DNA of 64,000 nucleotides from Stegostoma tigrinum (Eukaryota): contig NC_081357.1 in assembly GCF_030684315.1 (NCBI RefSeq), positions 39,189,786 through 39,253,785 on the forward strand. The letters are read 5' to 3'. Positions 50,834-62,739 of the stretch are shown piece by piece. Position numbers and translations under genes: made by a program. A model generated the notes under the pieces. It saw only the letters and a list, made by a program, of their open reading frames with translations, made no database searches and was not told the DNA's origin. The number at the start of each line of letters is the position of its first letter. Position 1 is the first letter of the stretch.

Positions 50834-50876
50834 CCTTGTTATCTCCGATTCTCCAGCATCTGCAGTTCCTATTATC
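50834..50876 (+). mobile_element. Minimal Penelope-like family A tail-only insertion (~43 bp)
   Basis: ccttgttatctccgattctccagcatctgcagttcctattatc flanked by tcaaatata (50825-50833, 50877-50885). Confidence 0.7.
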
Positions 50877-51764
50877 TCAAATATAACTGCTCTTTGTTCA
50901 ATTCCAACACATCACTCTAAGAAACTTGAATGTATGCTAAGAACTCTTCTTCCAGGCTATTGCTGCCAATCTGATTGTTCAAGTTTATATGTAAAGTGTC
51001 TCATGATTATTGCCATCCCAACATTACATGTTCACAATATTTATTTTTCAATACTCTGTCCCAAATCACGTCCACTTGTCTCTTATGTTCCCTCCGATCC
51101 TACATTTCTACTCAAACTGATCGTACTTCTCAATCTTCTGAACCAATGTAATATCTATTAGACAAATGCCATCCTCTATTAAGTATGTTACCCCTCCACA
51201 TTTATCTAGCTTCCTATTTTTCCGGAGTGTCATGTACCCCTTTATATTCAGGACCCAATGTTCATCAACCTGCAGCCACGTCCCTGCATGGTTATCAGGT
51301 CATTTTTTTGCCTTCAATATGTGCTAGAAATTCAAGTACTTCATTCTGAATGCTTTGTTCTAAATCTGGTTGACTGGAAATTGAAGTTATTTGATAAAGA
51401 ATTAAGTATAGACCTTACACCACCCAACACAAAACAATTTAATGCAGGTTTTGTTTTTATGTAAAGAAATATGGAAGACAACATAGGATTGCAGTAACTG
51501 AAAAACAATTTTTTTGAAATACATTTCTTTAGAATTTGAAAGGAGAGATTGAGGTGAAAACTTTGATACGACAATTGAACCAAATGTTTGAACTTCACAT
51601 TGTAGGACTGCATGTAAACCAATGTCATGGTGTGGCAGGGGTGGGACAGACGAGCCTCAAGCTATTCAGCATCGGGAGCATTGGTAGCTCAATTTACGAC
51701 TAATTACATATGAAGGTGTACAGATCAACCTGAATGCTGCAGCAGAACCAAGATGACAGTAATG

Positions 51765-51975
51765 GAGATAATGGGAACTGCAGATGCTGGAGATTCCAAG
51801 ATAATAAAATGTGAGGCTGGATGAACACAGCAAGCCAAGCAGCATCTCAGGAGCACAAAAGCTGACGTTTCGGGCCGAGACCCTCTGATGAAGGGTCTAG
51901 GCCCGAAACGTCAGCTTTTGGGCTCCTGAGATGCTGCTTGGCCTGCTGTGTTCATCCAGCCTCACATTTTATTAT
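51765..51975 (-). mobile_element. Penelope-like family A fold-back mini-insertion with an intact hammerhead core
   Basis: Inverted arms. CTGATGA at 51885-51891 and GAAA-CGTC at 51905-51912 (+). 17-bp TSD ccaRgatgacagtaatg (51748-51764, 51976-51992). Confidence 0.87.
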
Positions 51976-52079
51976 CCAGGATGACAGTAATGTTGTGTTT
52001 CAGTGATTGTTCTGATAATGATAAAGAGGTTTGAGTAGCTTGGCTGCTATATTATGTTATGTCCTTTCATCACCATAAT

Positions 52080-52325
52080 TTTCGAGGTCAGAATAAATTG
52101 GTTGAGTCATCCAGGCAGACACGTCCCGTAAGTTGCTAGCACAGTAACCTGGAGGCTGGAGTACTTTAATTTATTTGAGTCGTTGTGGTATCTCCCGAGC
52201 ATACGGTGGCGCTGCTTGTTTTGTAGAGAGACAAAGTGCATGTTCAGCTTGATTTTTGTGCAGCTTGTCGGCAGGAAGGGAAGTTCGGGAGCAGTTTATT
52301 TTGTTTCGGCTGAGACAGAGTGAGT
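52080..52325 (+). promoter_or_regulatory. SMIM8: Candidate SMIM8 promoter and non-coding first exon ending at donor CAGA|GTGAGT (52320)
   Basis: Local CpG enrichment, a GGAAGT ETS-like motif, and a consensus 5' splice site 1.5 kb upstream of the acceptor at 53791. Confidence 0.5.
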
Positions 52326-52994
52326 TGTGTTACATTGACTGCAATTGCCAGGGTGATGTGTAAACAGGCAAACAAGGACTAGACTGTACAGGGGCGCATT
52401 GACCCTGAAAATATTCAGGATAATTATAATTATGATTCTTTAAAATCAGTATTCATTTTATAAATAAATCTTTTGGTTAAGAAATGTTTTAATGCATTCG
52501 ATTGATTGCTGTCGAGTGTATTGCAGATGAATTTATCTTTAACTAAGACAACATTTAAACTACTCATACTGTCAGTTTAGCATACGTGACTTTCAGAAAG
52601 GCCATTATAAACTCGTTTCCCTTGACGTGATGTTCACAATGTTTTTGCAGCTATTTCTGTCCTATGTTATTGATTTGACCTTTAATGTTTGGGGTGAACA
52701 GTGTTGGATTATGTTACAATGAGCAGAAATTGACCTTTTCTAAACATAGCTGCCATCAAACTCCCTCAGCCCCATCTGTTTAGAACTTTTACTGACTCCA
52801 ACCCTCTCTGGGCAACAGGTTGACGTTGAGCCAGTCTGTTTGCAACCTTCGTGTTACATTTCATCCTGTAGTGATGCACCTCTATAACATCACCTAACTT
52901 CATCCCATCTCAGCTCTGCTGCTGCTCTAACACTCAGTCATCCCTTTCTTTCCTCTAGACTCGCCTATTCCAACATACACTGGGCGGGTCCCTC

Positions 52995-53325
52995 ACATTC
53001 GTAGAAATAAAGAACTCAACATTTGTCCCATTAAATCCGTACCGAACCTCCAAAGAGCATCTCATTGCCCTACCCTATCTCCATGACTCTGCATCTCCCC
53101 TGGCTAATCCAGCTAACCTGCACATCCCTAGACACTATGGACAATTTAACATGGCCAGTCCACCGAATCTCCACATCTTTGGACTGTGGGAGGAAACCGG
53201 AGCTCCTGGGAGAAACCCACGCAGACACGGAGAACGTGCAACCTCCACACGGCTCGTCACCAGAGCTTGAAATCGAATCCAAGTCCCTGGTGCTGTGAGG
53301 CAGCAGTGCTAACAACTGTGCCCCC
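52995..53325 (-). mobile_element. HE1/V-SINE-type tRNA-derived SINE
   Basis: The - strand has the head ggcacagttgttagcactgctgcctcacagcaccagggacttggattcg and the V-domain gggtttctcccaggagctccggtttcctcccacagtccaaagatgtg. Confidence 0.85.
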
Positions 53326-53817
53326 GCCCCCCCATTCTAAACTTGATTTTGTTCAAACTCGACTGCCCATTTCCTAACTCACTACAAATCCTGTTCACTC
53401 ATCATTCCTTGTGCTGGCTGGCTCACATTGCCTCCCAGTGAAACACCCTACTGATCTTAAAATTCTCATCTGTCTTTCAAATCTCTCCATGTACTCTTCC
53501 ATTCCTGTGTCTAATTTTCTCTGGCCACACACCTCTGCAGGATATCCATGCTCCTCTGGCACTGGCTTCACGTGCATCCCCAATTTTAATCAGCCCGCCA
53601 AATGGTAAACTTACATACGCTTCTCCACCTTTCTTCCTCAAACTTACCTTTTTGATTAAGCTTTTGGTCATTTGAACTATAACGATATTATCTAGCTCGG
53701 TGTTTTGTTTATCGCTTTGCTTTATAATGTTTCTGTGACGCATCTTGGATATATTTTGGTACATTAATGTTATTTACCATTTTGACCGCAGGTTCATATA
53801 TTGGACAGTTGTCAGCT

Positions 53818-53952
53818 ATGTCCTCTTCACCTAACCCAACTGATACCAAGACAGAATATCCAAAAAGTGCTGGTTACAAAAGTCCAGGACTGAGAGGAAT
53901 CCGAACCACCAATCTCTTTCGAGCTGTTAATCCAGAGCTCTTCATTAAACCT
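53818..53952 (+). CDS. SMIM8: Small integral membrane protein 8, coding exon 1 (45 codons)
   Basis: [33 protein letters not shown] matches SMIM8. Acceptor ccgcag|(53792) and phase-0 donor CCT|gtaag at 53953. Confidence 0.92.
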
Positions 53953-54689
53953 GTAAGAAAGTTACCACTTAAATTTTGACAGCACCGCTTTTAAACAGTT
54001 AGGATTGTCTACGAGGTTAATCGAGAAAACAAAGCAACTGAACACCTGGCTGTCATTTTCCAGGCTCAACACAGCACCTGCTTCCATATTTGCTCACTTC
54101 TTCCTAACTCTACTCCACCAGCGCCAGAATTCTAAGCTTTGTTTGCTTTCAACCTCTCCCAGCAGTCGGTGATAGGTAGTAAATATTGTTATCCTCCATT
54201 GCAAATAAATCTCCTGCTGGCTAATCAGAATTATATTGGCAGTCTGTCAGGCCTGCACATATAATCGTGAAAAACTGTAACAGATTAGCCCATTGCTATT
54301 TTACTTCTGTCCTTGATTCCAGTCTAGCCAAGTAAGAGACATAAATCTTTCACATTGTTAGTTGTCAGAGTCAGTATGAAGTGAGTTTGATAAAATTTAA
54401 GGCATTTTTCTTCATGATTACATCTTCAGAGTACTAAACCGCTCACTGGCAGTAAAAAAGCAAAAGAACTGTGGATGCTGGAAGTCAGAAACAAAAGCAG
54501 AAGTTGCTGGAAATCTCAGCATGTCTGGCAGCATCAGTGGAGAGAAATCAAAGTTAGCATTTCAGGTCCGGTGACCCTTCCTCAGAACTGGTGGTAGCTC
54601 GGAAAATGTTTTTTTATGAAGAAGACAGGGTGGGTGGGGGGAGGTAGCAAGGAGATAGGTGGGAATAGAACCCAAAAAGAGAGAAGGGT

Positions 54690-54781
54690 TGAGATGCTGC
54701 TTGGCCTGCTGTGTTCATCCAGCCTCACATTTTATTATCTTGGAATTCTCCAGCATCTGCAGTTCCCATTATCTCTGATAC
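54690..54781 (+). mobile_element. Penelope-like family A short non-inverted insertion
   Basis: gagatgctgcttggcctg...cccattatctctgatac. TSD aagagagaagRgt (54677-54689, 54782-54794). Confidence 0.75.
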
Positions 54782-54890
54782 AAGAGAGAAGAGTAGTTGG
54801 ATAGATAAAGGAGTGGATAACAGCCTATCAATGGAGATAATTAGTGACTAACAACATGTGGTGTTTAATAGCAGACCATGTGATAACAAT

Positions 54891-55095
54891 AAGATGTGAG
54901 GTTGGATGAACATAGCAGACCCAGCAGCATCTCTTATTCATTTCTTATTCATTCACTTCTTCATATGTCTTTTAAACGTTGTAAACTGTGCCCTCAGCTT
55001 TTGTGCTCCTGAGATGCTGCTGGGCCTGCTGTGTTCATCCAGCCTCACATTTTATTATCTTGGATTCTCCAGCATCTGCAGTTCCCATTATCACT
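54891..55095 (+). mobile_element. Penelope-like family A fold-back with a foreign ~60-bp loop
   Basis: 14-bp TSD catgtgataacaat (54877-54890, 55096-55109). The loop at 54934-54993 is not element sequence. Confidence 0.8.
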
Positions 55096-55699
55096 CATGT
55101 GATAACAATGCCTGGTGTGTGGGGTTTGCAGGAAAGATGTGGGAGACGGTGCCTCAAGCTGTAAAATTGTTGAACGCACTGTTGAGTCCAGAAAACTGTG
55201 GAGTTCACATGCACAAAATAAGGTGCTGTTCTTCCAGTTTGTGCTGAGCTTCACTGGAACACTGCAGCAAACCTGAGATAGATAGGTTGGCTTTGTCAGC
55301 TTTGACATCCTGCCTGCTATCTGTCCTTATGCAGTGAACTGTTTTCCATGCCAATTAAGGGGATGTCTCTATGAAAATCCCGAAGAGTGACTGTTTTCTC
55401 CTCATGGGATTAGGTTCGGGAGCCAGGAGTATTCCCTACTTCTGTTAACCAGTGTGAAAATCTAACCCAGATGGTCTGACTTCCCTAATTTCCTTTGGTT
55501 TTATAAGTACAAAATTTGTGAATTTAAAAGAAATTGCTTCTGTGAAAAGCAAAAATTGTACGCCGAGGCATCGCATTTTACAAATTGTTCTACAAAGTGG
55601 TGTGATAAGGCAAAATTTTAAAAATAGCAATATTCTTTCACATAACAAAAAAATTGCTTTTTTTAATATTTAATTTCTGTGTTTTCATTCTTGCAACAG

Positions 55700-55858
55700 A
55701 ATAAACCTGTGATGGCTTTTGGACTGCTGACCATAACTCTATGTGTGAGCTATATTGCTTATTTGAATGCCACAGCAGAAAACAAGGCAGATTTGTATGA
55801 AGCAATTGACAGTGAAGGAACAAGATACATGAGACAAAAGACTTCAAAGTGGGAATGA
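55700..55858 (+). CDS. SMIM8: Small integral membrane protein 8, coding exon 2 (52 aa plus stop)
   Basis: Acceptor ttcattcttgcaacag|, then [52 protein letters not shown]. The spliced product is 97 aa with one TM segment. Confidence 0.92.
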   Translation, partial: NKPVMAFGLLTITLCVSYIAYLNATAENKADLYEAIDSEGTRYMRQKTSKWE

Positions 55859-56086
55859 AATACCAGATGAAAACTGACAAGCAATACTGCTACCAACAAA
55901 CTTGAAAAGCATTTGTATCAAAGTTAGTAATTAATGTTATGTAGTTACAGCATACAGTTGTGAATGTATGAAACACGTCAGCAACTCCAGTTCTAATAAT
56001 ATTGAGTAAAATTTTTAGTTAATTTTTTGGTCACTTTAGATTCCCAAATATATATTTTTCTTTCCCAAAGAATGTATAAATGTACG

Positions 56087-56138
56087 AATAAACCTTCATG
56101 GGAATTGCGTTCAAACTATTACATGGTACATTAATAAA
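56087..56138 (+). terminator. SMIM8: Candidate SMIM8 polyadenylation signals
   Basis: AATAAA at 56087-56092 and 56133-56138, 230-280 nt after the stop. Confidence 0.45.
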
Positions 56139-57114
56139 TTTGAATCTCAGAATATGACAAAAATGCTTCCATTTTATGCATGTGACGCCATTTACCTAAT
56201 GTACCCTCTATAAAGTGTGTGACTTCCTCTTGCTGTCATCAAAGCAGTAGGGAGTGTCATTATTTTATCGAGAAGCATTAGGTGTGAAAGAGACAAAAAA
56301 TGACTGAGAATATGTACCACTCTGGTCAAACAGATTGAGCAGATTATTTCAGTCTGTCATCACGAAAAGCTCTCCCTAAAAGAAACTTGCTCCTTATCAG
56401 CAGCCTGGTATTAATGTAATTTTTAAACTGCCTCTTAATTTTAAATTTTTTTTTTTCAGTGACCTTTGCTTTTCATCTTCATTGCAAAATTTCTTGACAC
56501 CTAATATTTTTCAGTTGTTCAAATCCATGTTTATTGTGTCAAATGCATTTGCTGCTAATAAACACATTTTGAAAATAGACCGCGGCTCTGTTAGCATCTG
56601 AATAGAAAAGAAACAAAGCTGAACACTTCAGTTAGATGCCCTAAGTTACACCAGGCCAAGTTCTGAACCAACTGAAGATACCTGTTTCTGGATAATTGCA
56701 TTCAAGATCATGTAAAATAAAGATTATCTTTTGTTTCATTTTTCTGGTTTCTTTTCAAAGTTCTAGATTTCTTGAAAATGTTTCTGTTCTATTAGAAAAA
56801 ATAATTTAAGATAATGGATATGAAGTAGGATATACTACATATAACAACACAGTGTTCAGTACTGACTCATTCAGGGATCTACAGGCCTGGGAGAAGGACT
56901 GAAGTTTGAGGGTTAGTACTTTTTATCGGTAATTTGTATGAATTTGCACTCGCCGCACACAGCTGTGTCCAGTGGAAATATCAGTACAATGGTCATCAAG
57001 TCAGACAGTTAAAATAAAGACACAAGAATTACTTATAGGTGACAGTAAAATGATAGATTATTCATTGAGAGCATCTAATTTTAAAATTATTTTTGTCAGC
57101 AATGTTGAATATAT

Positions 57115-57460
57115 GGCACGATGATTAGCCCTGCTGCCTCACAGCACCACGATCTTGGGTACAATTCCACCTTCAGACAACTGTCTGTATGAAGTTTGTA
57201 CGTTTTCCCCATGTGTGTGGGTTTCCTCTGGGTATTCTGGTTTCCTCCTGCAGTCCAAAGATGTGCAGGTTAGGTGGATTGGCCATGCTAAATTGTCCCA
57301 TAGTGTCCAGGAATATGCAGGCTGGTTGGATTAGCCATAGGAAATGAAGGGTTATAGGGATAGGGTAAGGAGCTGAGTCTGGGTGGAATGCTGTTTGGAG
57401 GGTCTGTACAGACTCAATGGGCTGAATGGCTTGCTTCCACACTATAGGGGTTCTGTGGTA
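57115..57460 (+). mobile_element. HE1/V-SINE-type SINE
   Basis: Head ggcacgatgattagccctgctgcctcacagcacc, V-domain gggtttcctctgggtattctggtttcctcctgcagtccaaagatgtgcaggttagg, and a CR1-like 3' tail. Confidence 0.85.
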
Positions 57461-57888
57461 TTATACTCAGTCCTCTCTGAGTCATTGTGTTAGAATGTAA
57501 ATAGCAGAAGCCCAAACAATGGTTGTTGTGGCACTTTGGTAATTATACTCTGCTACATTGAAAATGGCCTGTGAATTCCTGCTCTGTTTTCTGCCATTCA
57601 CCAACTCTCAAACCATCCTAATATTATTCTCCTGTCTAATGAGTCCCAATTTTGCATCATAACCTAATGTGATACCTTATCAAATACTTCACAAAAATCC
57701 AAACAACATCATAATCACTGCTTCCCCCTTATCTATCTTAGTTACATCCTCAAAAAAACTCAGCAGATTTGTCGACCAAATTTCTCTTCCACGTTGACCC
57801 ACAAAATAACTATGATTTTCTCAGTGTTTCCTTAATTCATCCTGAATAATAAATTGAACGATTTTCCTTATCACTGACGCCAAGCACC

Positions 57889-58352
57889 AGATTTTAAGAG
57901 ACTTAATGTACCTATGGATTTTGATGTGTCATTGTGCTTATCTTTCTGAGATATGCACTTTAGTATCCTCAATGTTAGATTTTAAGAAGTTTGATTGAAC
58001 GGAATGTTTTGCTGTTCAAGGTTGTTTATCTCACTGAGATATGCATTTTAGTATGATAAATATTAGATTTTAAGAAGTTTGATTGAATTGGATATTTTGC
58101 TGTTCAAGGTTGCTTTTCTCACTGAGATATGCACTTTAGTAAGACCCTCAGTAGATTTTAAGCAGTTTGATTGATTTGAATGCTTTGCTGTTCACGGTTG
58201 CTTTTCTCAATGAGGTATGCAGTTTAGTGTGATCTGCATCTGATTTTAAGAGATTTGATGGACTTAGTGATTTTGATGCACCAATGTGCTTATCTCACTG
58301 AGATGCACACTTCAGTACGATCAGCTTACTTCACTGAGATACACACTTCAGT
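57889..58352. repeat. 88-bp tandem repeat (~5 copies) inside a CR1 remnant
   Basis: (a)gattttaag recurs at 57889, 57977, 58065, 58153 and 58241 (exact 88-nt period). Each unit contains ctgagatatgcactttagt-like sequence. Confidence 0.9.
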
Positions 58353-59009
58353 TACTGGTTTCCTCTCTTCCTCCTATCCTGTGTAATGGAGTTGTTTTTG
58401 TAATCTTCCAATCCATCAGGACCATTCTAAAATCTAAGGAATTCTGGAAAAGTTAAACCTCTATTGCCACTTCTTTTAAAACCCCAGGATGTAGACCACC
58501 AGATCCATGGGACTGGTCAGAATTTAGATTGCCCCTGTAGGTTGACTGGCAGGACTGGAGTGAGCATTTGCCACATAGTTTGGAGTGCTACAGTTTGCAC
58601 AAGACTCAAACCTCTTAAAAAAATCTGACTAACATCAATGACAAACAAATTATTATTATGTTGTTTGTCAGACCCTGCTCTACCCAAATTTTTGACAACT
58701 GTTTTTGAAGGTAATGGTCTCTGTTATCGAAAAAAGATGCATTTATTGGTTGTACAGCTTCTTTAGTGCCCTGAAGGCATGTTAAGAAGCTACCCAAATG
58801 TAAATTGTTAATTCTTTTCCTGAAAGTAGCTCAGAAACTTGCTGTTTGTGACCGAACTTGCCCCACAAAAAATTGCAGATTTTTTAACAATGTGATAACG
58901 TGGGAACCATAATGTGTAGCAAACATAAAGTTTGGAGAATCTGGCTGGCAGGGCAGGAATGTCTTAAGAAATAGCTCTGCCTAATTGATGGACTTCCCAG
59001 ACAAATATC

Positions 59010-59845
59010 ATAGAGGCCAACAGATAGAGCAAGGCCTTTGACCCATCGAGTCTGCACTGGTCACCTATTCTAATCCAATTCTGCTGCACCTGGCACACAG
59101 CCTTGTATGCCTTGTCATTTGCAAGTGCACATCTAAACGTTTAAATGTTATGAGGGTTTCTCCTCTATCACTCTTACAGGTTAGTGAGTTCCAGATTCCC
59201 ACCATCCTCTGGGTGAAAATGTTTTTTGTCACATCTCCTCTAAATCGTCTGTTCCTTCCCATCAATCTTTACTCCCGGTCACCCAATTCTTCCAGCAAGG
59301 CAAAAAGTTTCTGCCTCATAATTTTATACATCTCAATCATGTTGCCTCCACGACCCCCCTCAGTATCCTCTGAGCCAGTCTGTCCAATCTCTCTTCATAA
59401 CTAAAACTCTCCAGACCAGGCAACTCCTGGTAAATCTCCTCTGCATCCTCTCCAGTGATATCACATCCTTCCTCTAATGTCGATTCCAGAACTGAACAGA
59501 GTACTGTAGCTTTGGCTTAGCCAACGTTTTGTACAGTTGCAGCGTAACCTCCCCGCTCTTAAATTCTGTGCCTCAACTAATAAAGGCAAATATCTCTTGT
59601 GCTTTCTTAACCACTTTACCAAACCGTTCTGCAACCTTAAGGGACTGGTGTACATGTACACCAAGGTTCCTCAGCGCTTCCCAGGGTTCTACCACCTATT
59701 ATGTATTCCCTTGCATTGTTTGTCCTGCCCAAGCGCACCACCTGGACTTACCCAGACTGAATTCCATTTGCCACTGATCAGCCCATCGGTATCCTGTAAA
59801 CTAAGGCTATCACCCTTGCTGTTCACCACCCCTCATTCTTTTTAG
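59010..59845 (-). mobile_element. Decayed CR1 LINE 3' part
   Basis: RFRGDVTKNIFTQRMVGIWNSL and WQMEF-like remnants on the - strand. Confidence 0.75.
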
Positions 59846-60622
59846 ACAAAGTAATCAAGGGGTAGATGCAAATGTGAAATTCAAAATGCAAACAGATCTC
59901 ATTGACTGGCAGAGGAGGCTCAAGGGATGGTGCTGCTAACATTATTTATTACGGTTGATGGCAACACTTTTAATAGGAGACTCTAAGTGAAAGGTTGGTA
60001 CAGGAGAGTTTTGGCGTCTCTAATGGCAAAAGTTTCAGAATTTTACCAAGATGTTACCAAAGACCGTGTGCGTAATAATGTGTATTGCACATTATTATTA
60101 GCCAGTGCTTCAAATTGGAGATGACTTGATAACAGGACTATTGGTAGTTTTACCAACTGAACTGATGTATTCAGAGCTGCATAAAACATATATATCAGCA
60201 TGAAGCTGATAGGTTTCCACATATTTAAACGTCAAGTCATATGGAGATAATGCAGGAAAATAGTGCCGAAGTAGAAAACCAGCGTGTTCTCGGTGAATGG
60301 CAGTGCAGGTTTGAAGGGCTGAATGGCCTATTCCTGCCCCTGTTTCTGAACAGTCTCATATTCTTGCTGTAATGAATTTCTTAAACTAAAACTATCTACA
60401 CACAACAGCCACCAGAGGGAGTAAAAGTGCTAACTTCATGTTTAAAAGTCTTATTCAGAATGGAATGGGGCAACTGTCGGCAGATGTCGGAAGTCTTACT
60501 TAAAATGCAGAGAAAGGTTGAGAAGCTCAGGGTAGAAAACATGCATGGGGAGAGAAAAATGCAGCAAATATTTCATGGATTTTATTCCTCCACAGGAGTT
60601 TCCCAACCTGCTGAATATTTCC

Positions 60623-60733
60623 TGAGATAATAGGAACTGCAGATGCTGCAGAATCTGAGATAACAAGGTGTAGAGCTGGATGAACACAGCCGGCCAAGCA
60701 GCACCAGAGAAGCAGGAAAGCTGACGTTTCGGG
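60623..60733 (-). mobile_element. Penelope-like family A variant short insertion, truncated inside the hammerhead
   Basis: 16-bp TSD cctgctgaataYttcc (60607-60622, 60734-60749). Ends at gctgacgtttcggg. Confidence 0.8.
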
Positions 60734-61464
60734 CCTGCTGAATACTTCCAGTGTTTTTGCTTATTATGAAGAACAGAATTGGCACTGAATGGAAAACAGC
60801 TCACCAGCAGAAATAGCTTTAGCCCATTGGGTAATTTCAAAAACTCAGTTGGCGTTCGCTCCTGCTCTTAACTCCCCTCCTTTTTCTCTCCCTCACAGAC
60901 TCACCTCAATCTTTTGAAAGGAAAATCCTCCTCAACAAATCTATTAATTTTTGAGGGAGTATCTGGCAGGGCAGATAAGAAGAGTTTGCATTGAGATTTT
61001 CAGCAGGCATTTGATAAAGTGTCAAGTGAAGTAATATACAGTAGTGGCATGGATTGAGATGTTGGCAAACAGGAACAAAACGGAGCCGGAATAAATGGGT
61101 CATTTGCAGGATAGAAGACTGCAATTGTTGGGCTGTCAGCTATTTACAATCTATATCAACGATTAACTGACCCAAAATAAGGCACAAAATTGGCTGAGGG
61201 ATCAGAAGCAGATTTTTTGGGGGCGGGGGAGCTAGAAGAAAGTTTGTAGTGGACCTTCAGGAATCAGTATTGGACCTTTTGCTTTTCTTCATGTTATTGA
61301 TCGAGATCTTGAGGATCTCATTGAAAGGTACAATTCCAAAGTTTGTGGATGGCACAAGACTTGGGAGAATTGTAAACAGTGAGGAGAATGATTTATTGAC
61401 ATCAAAAGGACATTGACACATTGGCGGAGTGGGTGAATAGATGGCAAGTGAAGTTCAATACATA

Positions 61465-61823
61465 GTGGAGGCAATGGCCTAGTGGAATTATAACTAGACT
61501 GCTAATCTAGAGATGCAGATAGCGTTCAGGGGACCTGGGTTCAAAATCCTGCCATGGCAGATGGTGGAATTTAATTCAATTTTAAATATCTGTAATTAAG
61601 AATCTAATGATGGCCGTGAATCCATTGTCAATTGTTGGAAAGATCATCTGGTTCACTGATGTCCTTTAGGGAAGGAAACTGCCATCCTTACCTGATCTGG
61701 TCTACATGTGACTCCAGACCCATAGCAATGTGGTTGATTCTGAACTGCCCTCTGGGAAATTAGGGATGGTCAATAAGTGCTGCCTAGCCAGTGATGCCCA
61801 CATCCTGTTCATGAATTTTAAAG
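61465..61823 (+). mobile_element. tRNA-derived SINE with a LINE-like 3' tail
   Basis: A-box tggcctagtgg and B-box gggttcaaaatcc. The tail gctgcctagccagtgatgcccacatcc resembles the LINE end at ~63260-63310. Confidence 0.75.
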
Positions 61824-61844
61824 ACAGTGTGAAAGTATTATGGA

Positions 61845-61972
61845 CACAGTAGGAACTGCCAATGCTGAAGAATCTGAGAGAACAGGATGTAGACCTGGAT
61901 GAACACAGCAGGCCAAGCAGCATCAGAGGAGCAGGAAAGCTGATGTTTTGTGTTGAGACCCTTCTTCAGAAA
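61845..61972 (-). mobile_element. Older Penelope-like family A variant terminal repeat
   Basis: ggaactgccaatgctgaagaatctgag...ctggatgaacacagcaggccaagcagcatc...gacccttcttcag. Confidence 0.7.
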
Positions 61973-62739
61973 ATGAAGGTGTATGCTTTGGCAGAAAGAA
62001 CAGAGGAAGAGTGACAGTGTAAGATAAAGGGCGCTATTCTAAAGGGTGTGCAAGAATTAAGATACCTGGATGTATATGTGCATAAGTCATTAAAGGTAGC
62101 TGGACAGGTAGAGAAAGTTGTTTCTGAAATATACAGCATTACAGGCTTCATAAATAGACCATAGAATACAAGAGCAGGGAGGCTATGATGAACAGGACAC
62201 TGGTTAGACATCAGCTGTGTGCAGTTGTGGGCATTACACTATAGGAAGGATCTGAATAGTATGAAGAGAGTTTTTTTGAGAATGGTTGCAGGGATAAGAC
62301 ATTTGAAGATAGGTCAGAAAAGTTGGGTCTGTTTTCCTTGGACTGGAGAATGCTACGAGGACATTTGAAAGAAGTTTTTAGAGTCATGGGGTTCCGGACT
62401 GAGTAGATGCAGAGACATTTTTCCAGCACTTAAATGGATTGAGAAGTTTGCTTTTTTAAAGGAAGTGAATATGAGATGAGTAAAAGCTTTTTCACAGAAG
62501 CTGTTGGTTTGTGAGAGGACACAGCTACTGGATTTTCAGAATTTTGCAGATACGTTGCTGATGATATTTCTCCAGGGATGTGAAGTGTCTGCTGTACATT
62601 ATCTATCTCCCTGAATCACAAAGGAGGACTGTAGCCTGGTAGACCATGAGCTTGGTGCTGTGTTTGAGGTCTTTGTCATCTAACATTAGGCTGCACTGGA
62701 ACACTGAAGGGCACATGGAGTTCTGCTGTTAATGACTGC

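Larger units (their letters stand above)
54455..55280 (-). mobile_element. Penelope-like family B 3' fragment in the SMIM8 intron, carrying two nested family A insertions
   Basis: Terminal repeat at 54455-54590 (the - strand reads ctgaggaagggtcaccggacctgaaa). GIY-YIG tail EAQHKLEEQHLI at ~55215-55255 (-). Confidence 0.75.
60910..62500 (+). mobile_element. Decayed CR1 RT remnants hosting a SINE and a Penelope repeat
   Basis: DFQQAFDKV-like (~60995), QGSVLG-like (~61258), IDRDLE..KFVDGTRL, WQVKFN, and a 3' portion at 61975-62500. Confidence 0.6.

Noticed and set aside
53767-53979. 70-aa ORF as a complete gene
   Set aside because: It runs through an acceptor (53791) and a donor (53953). Only 53818-53952 is SMIM8 coding.
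57889-58352. 88-bp periodic array as a CRISPR-like repeat-spacer array
   Set aside because: Whole units are homologous with no unique spacers, no cas genes are present, and the context is vertebrate.
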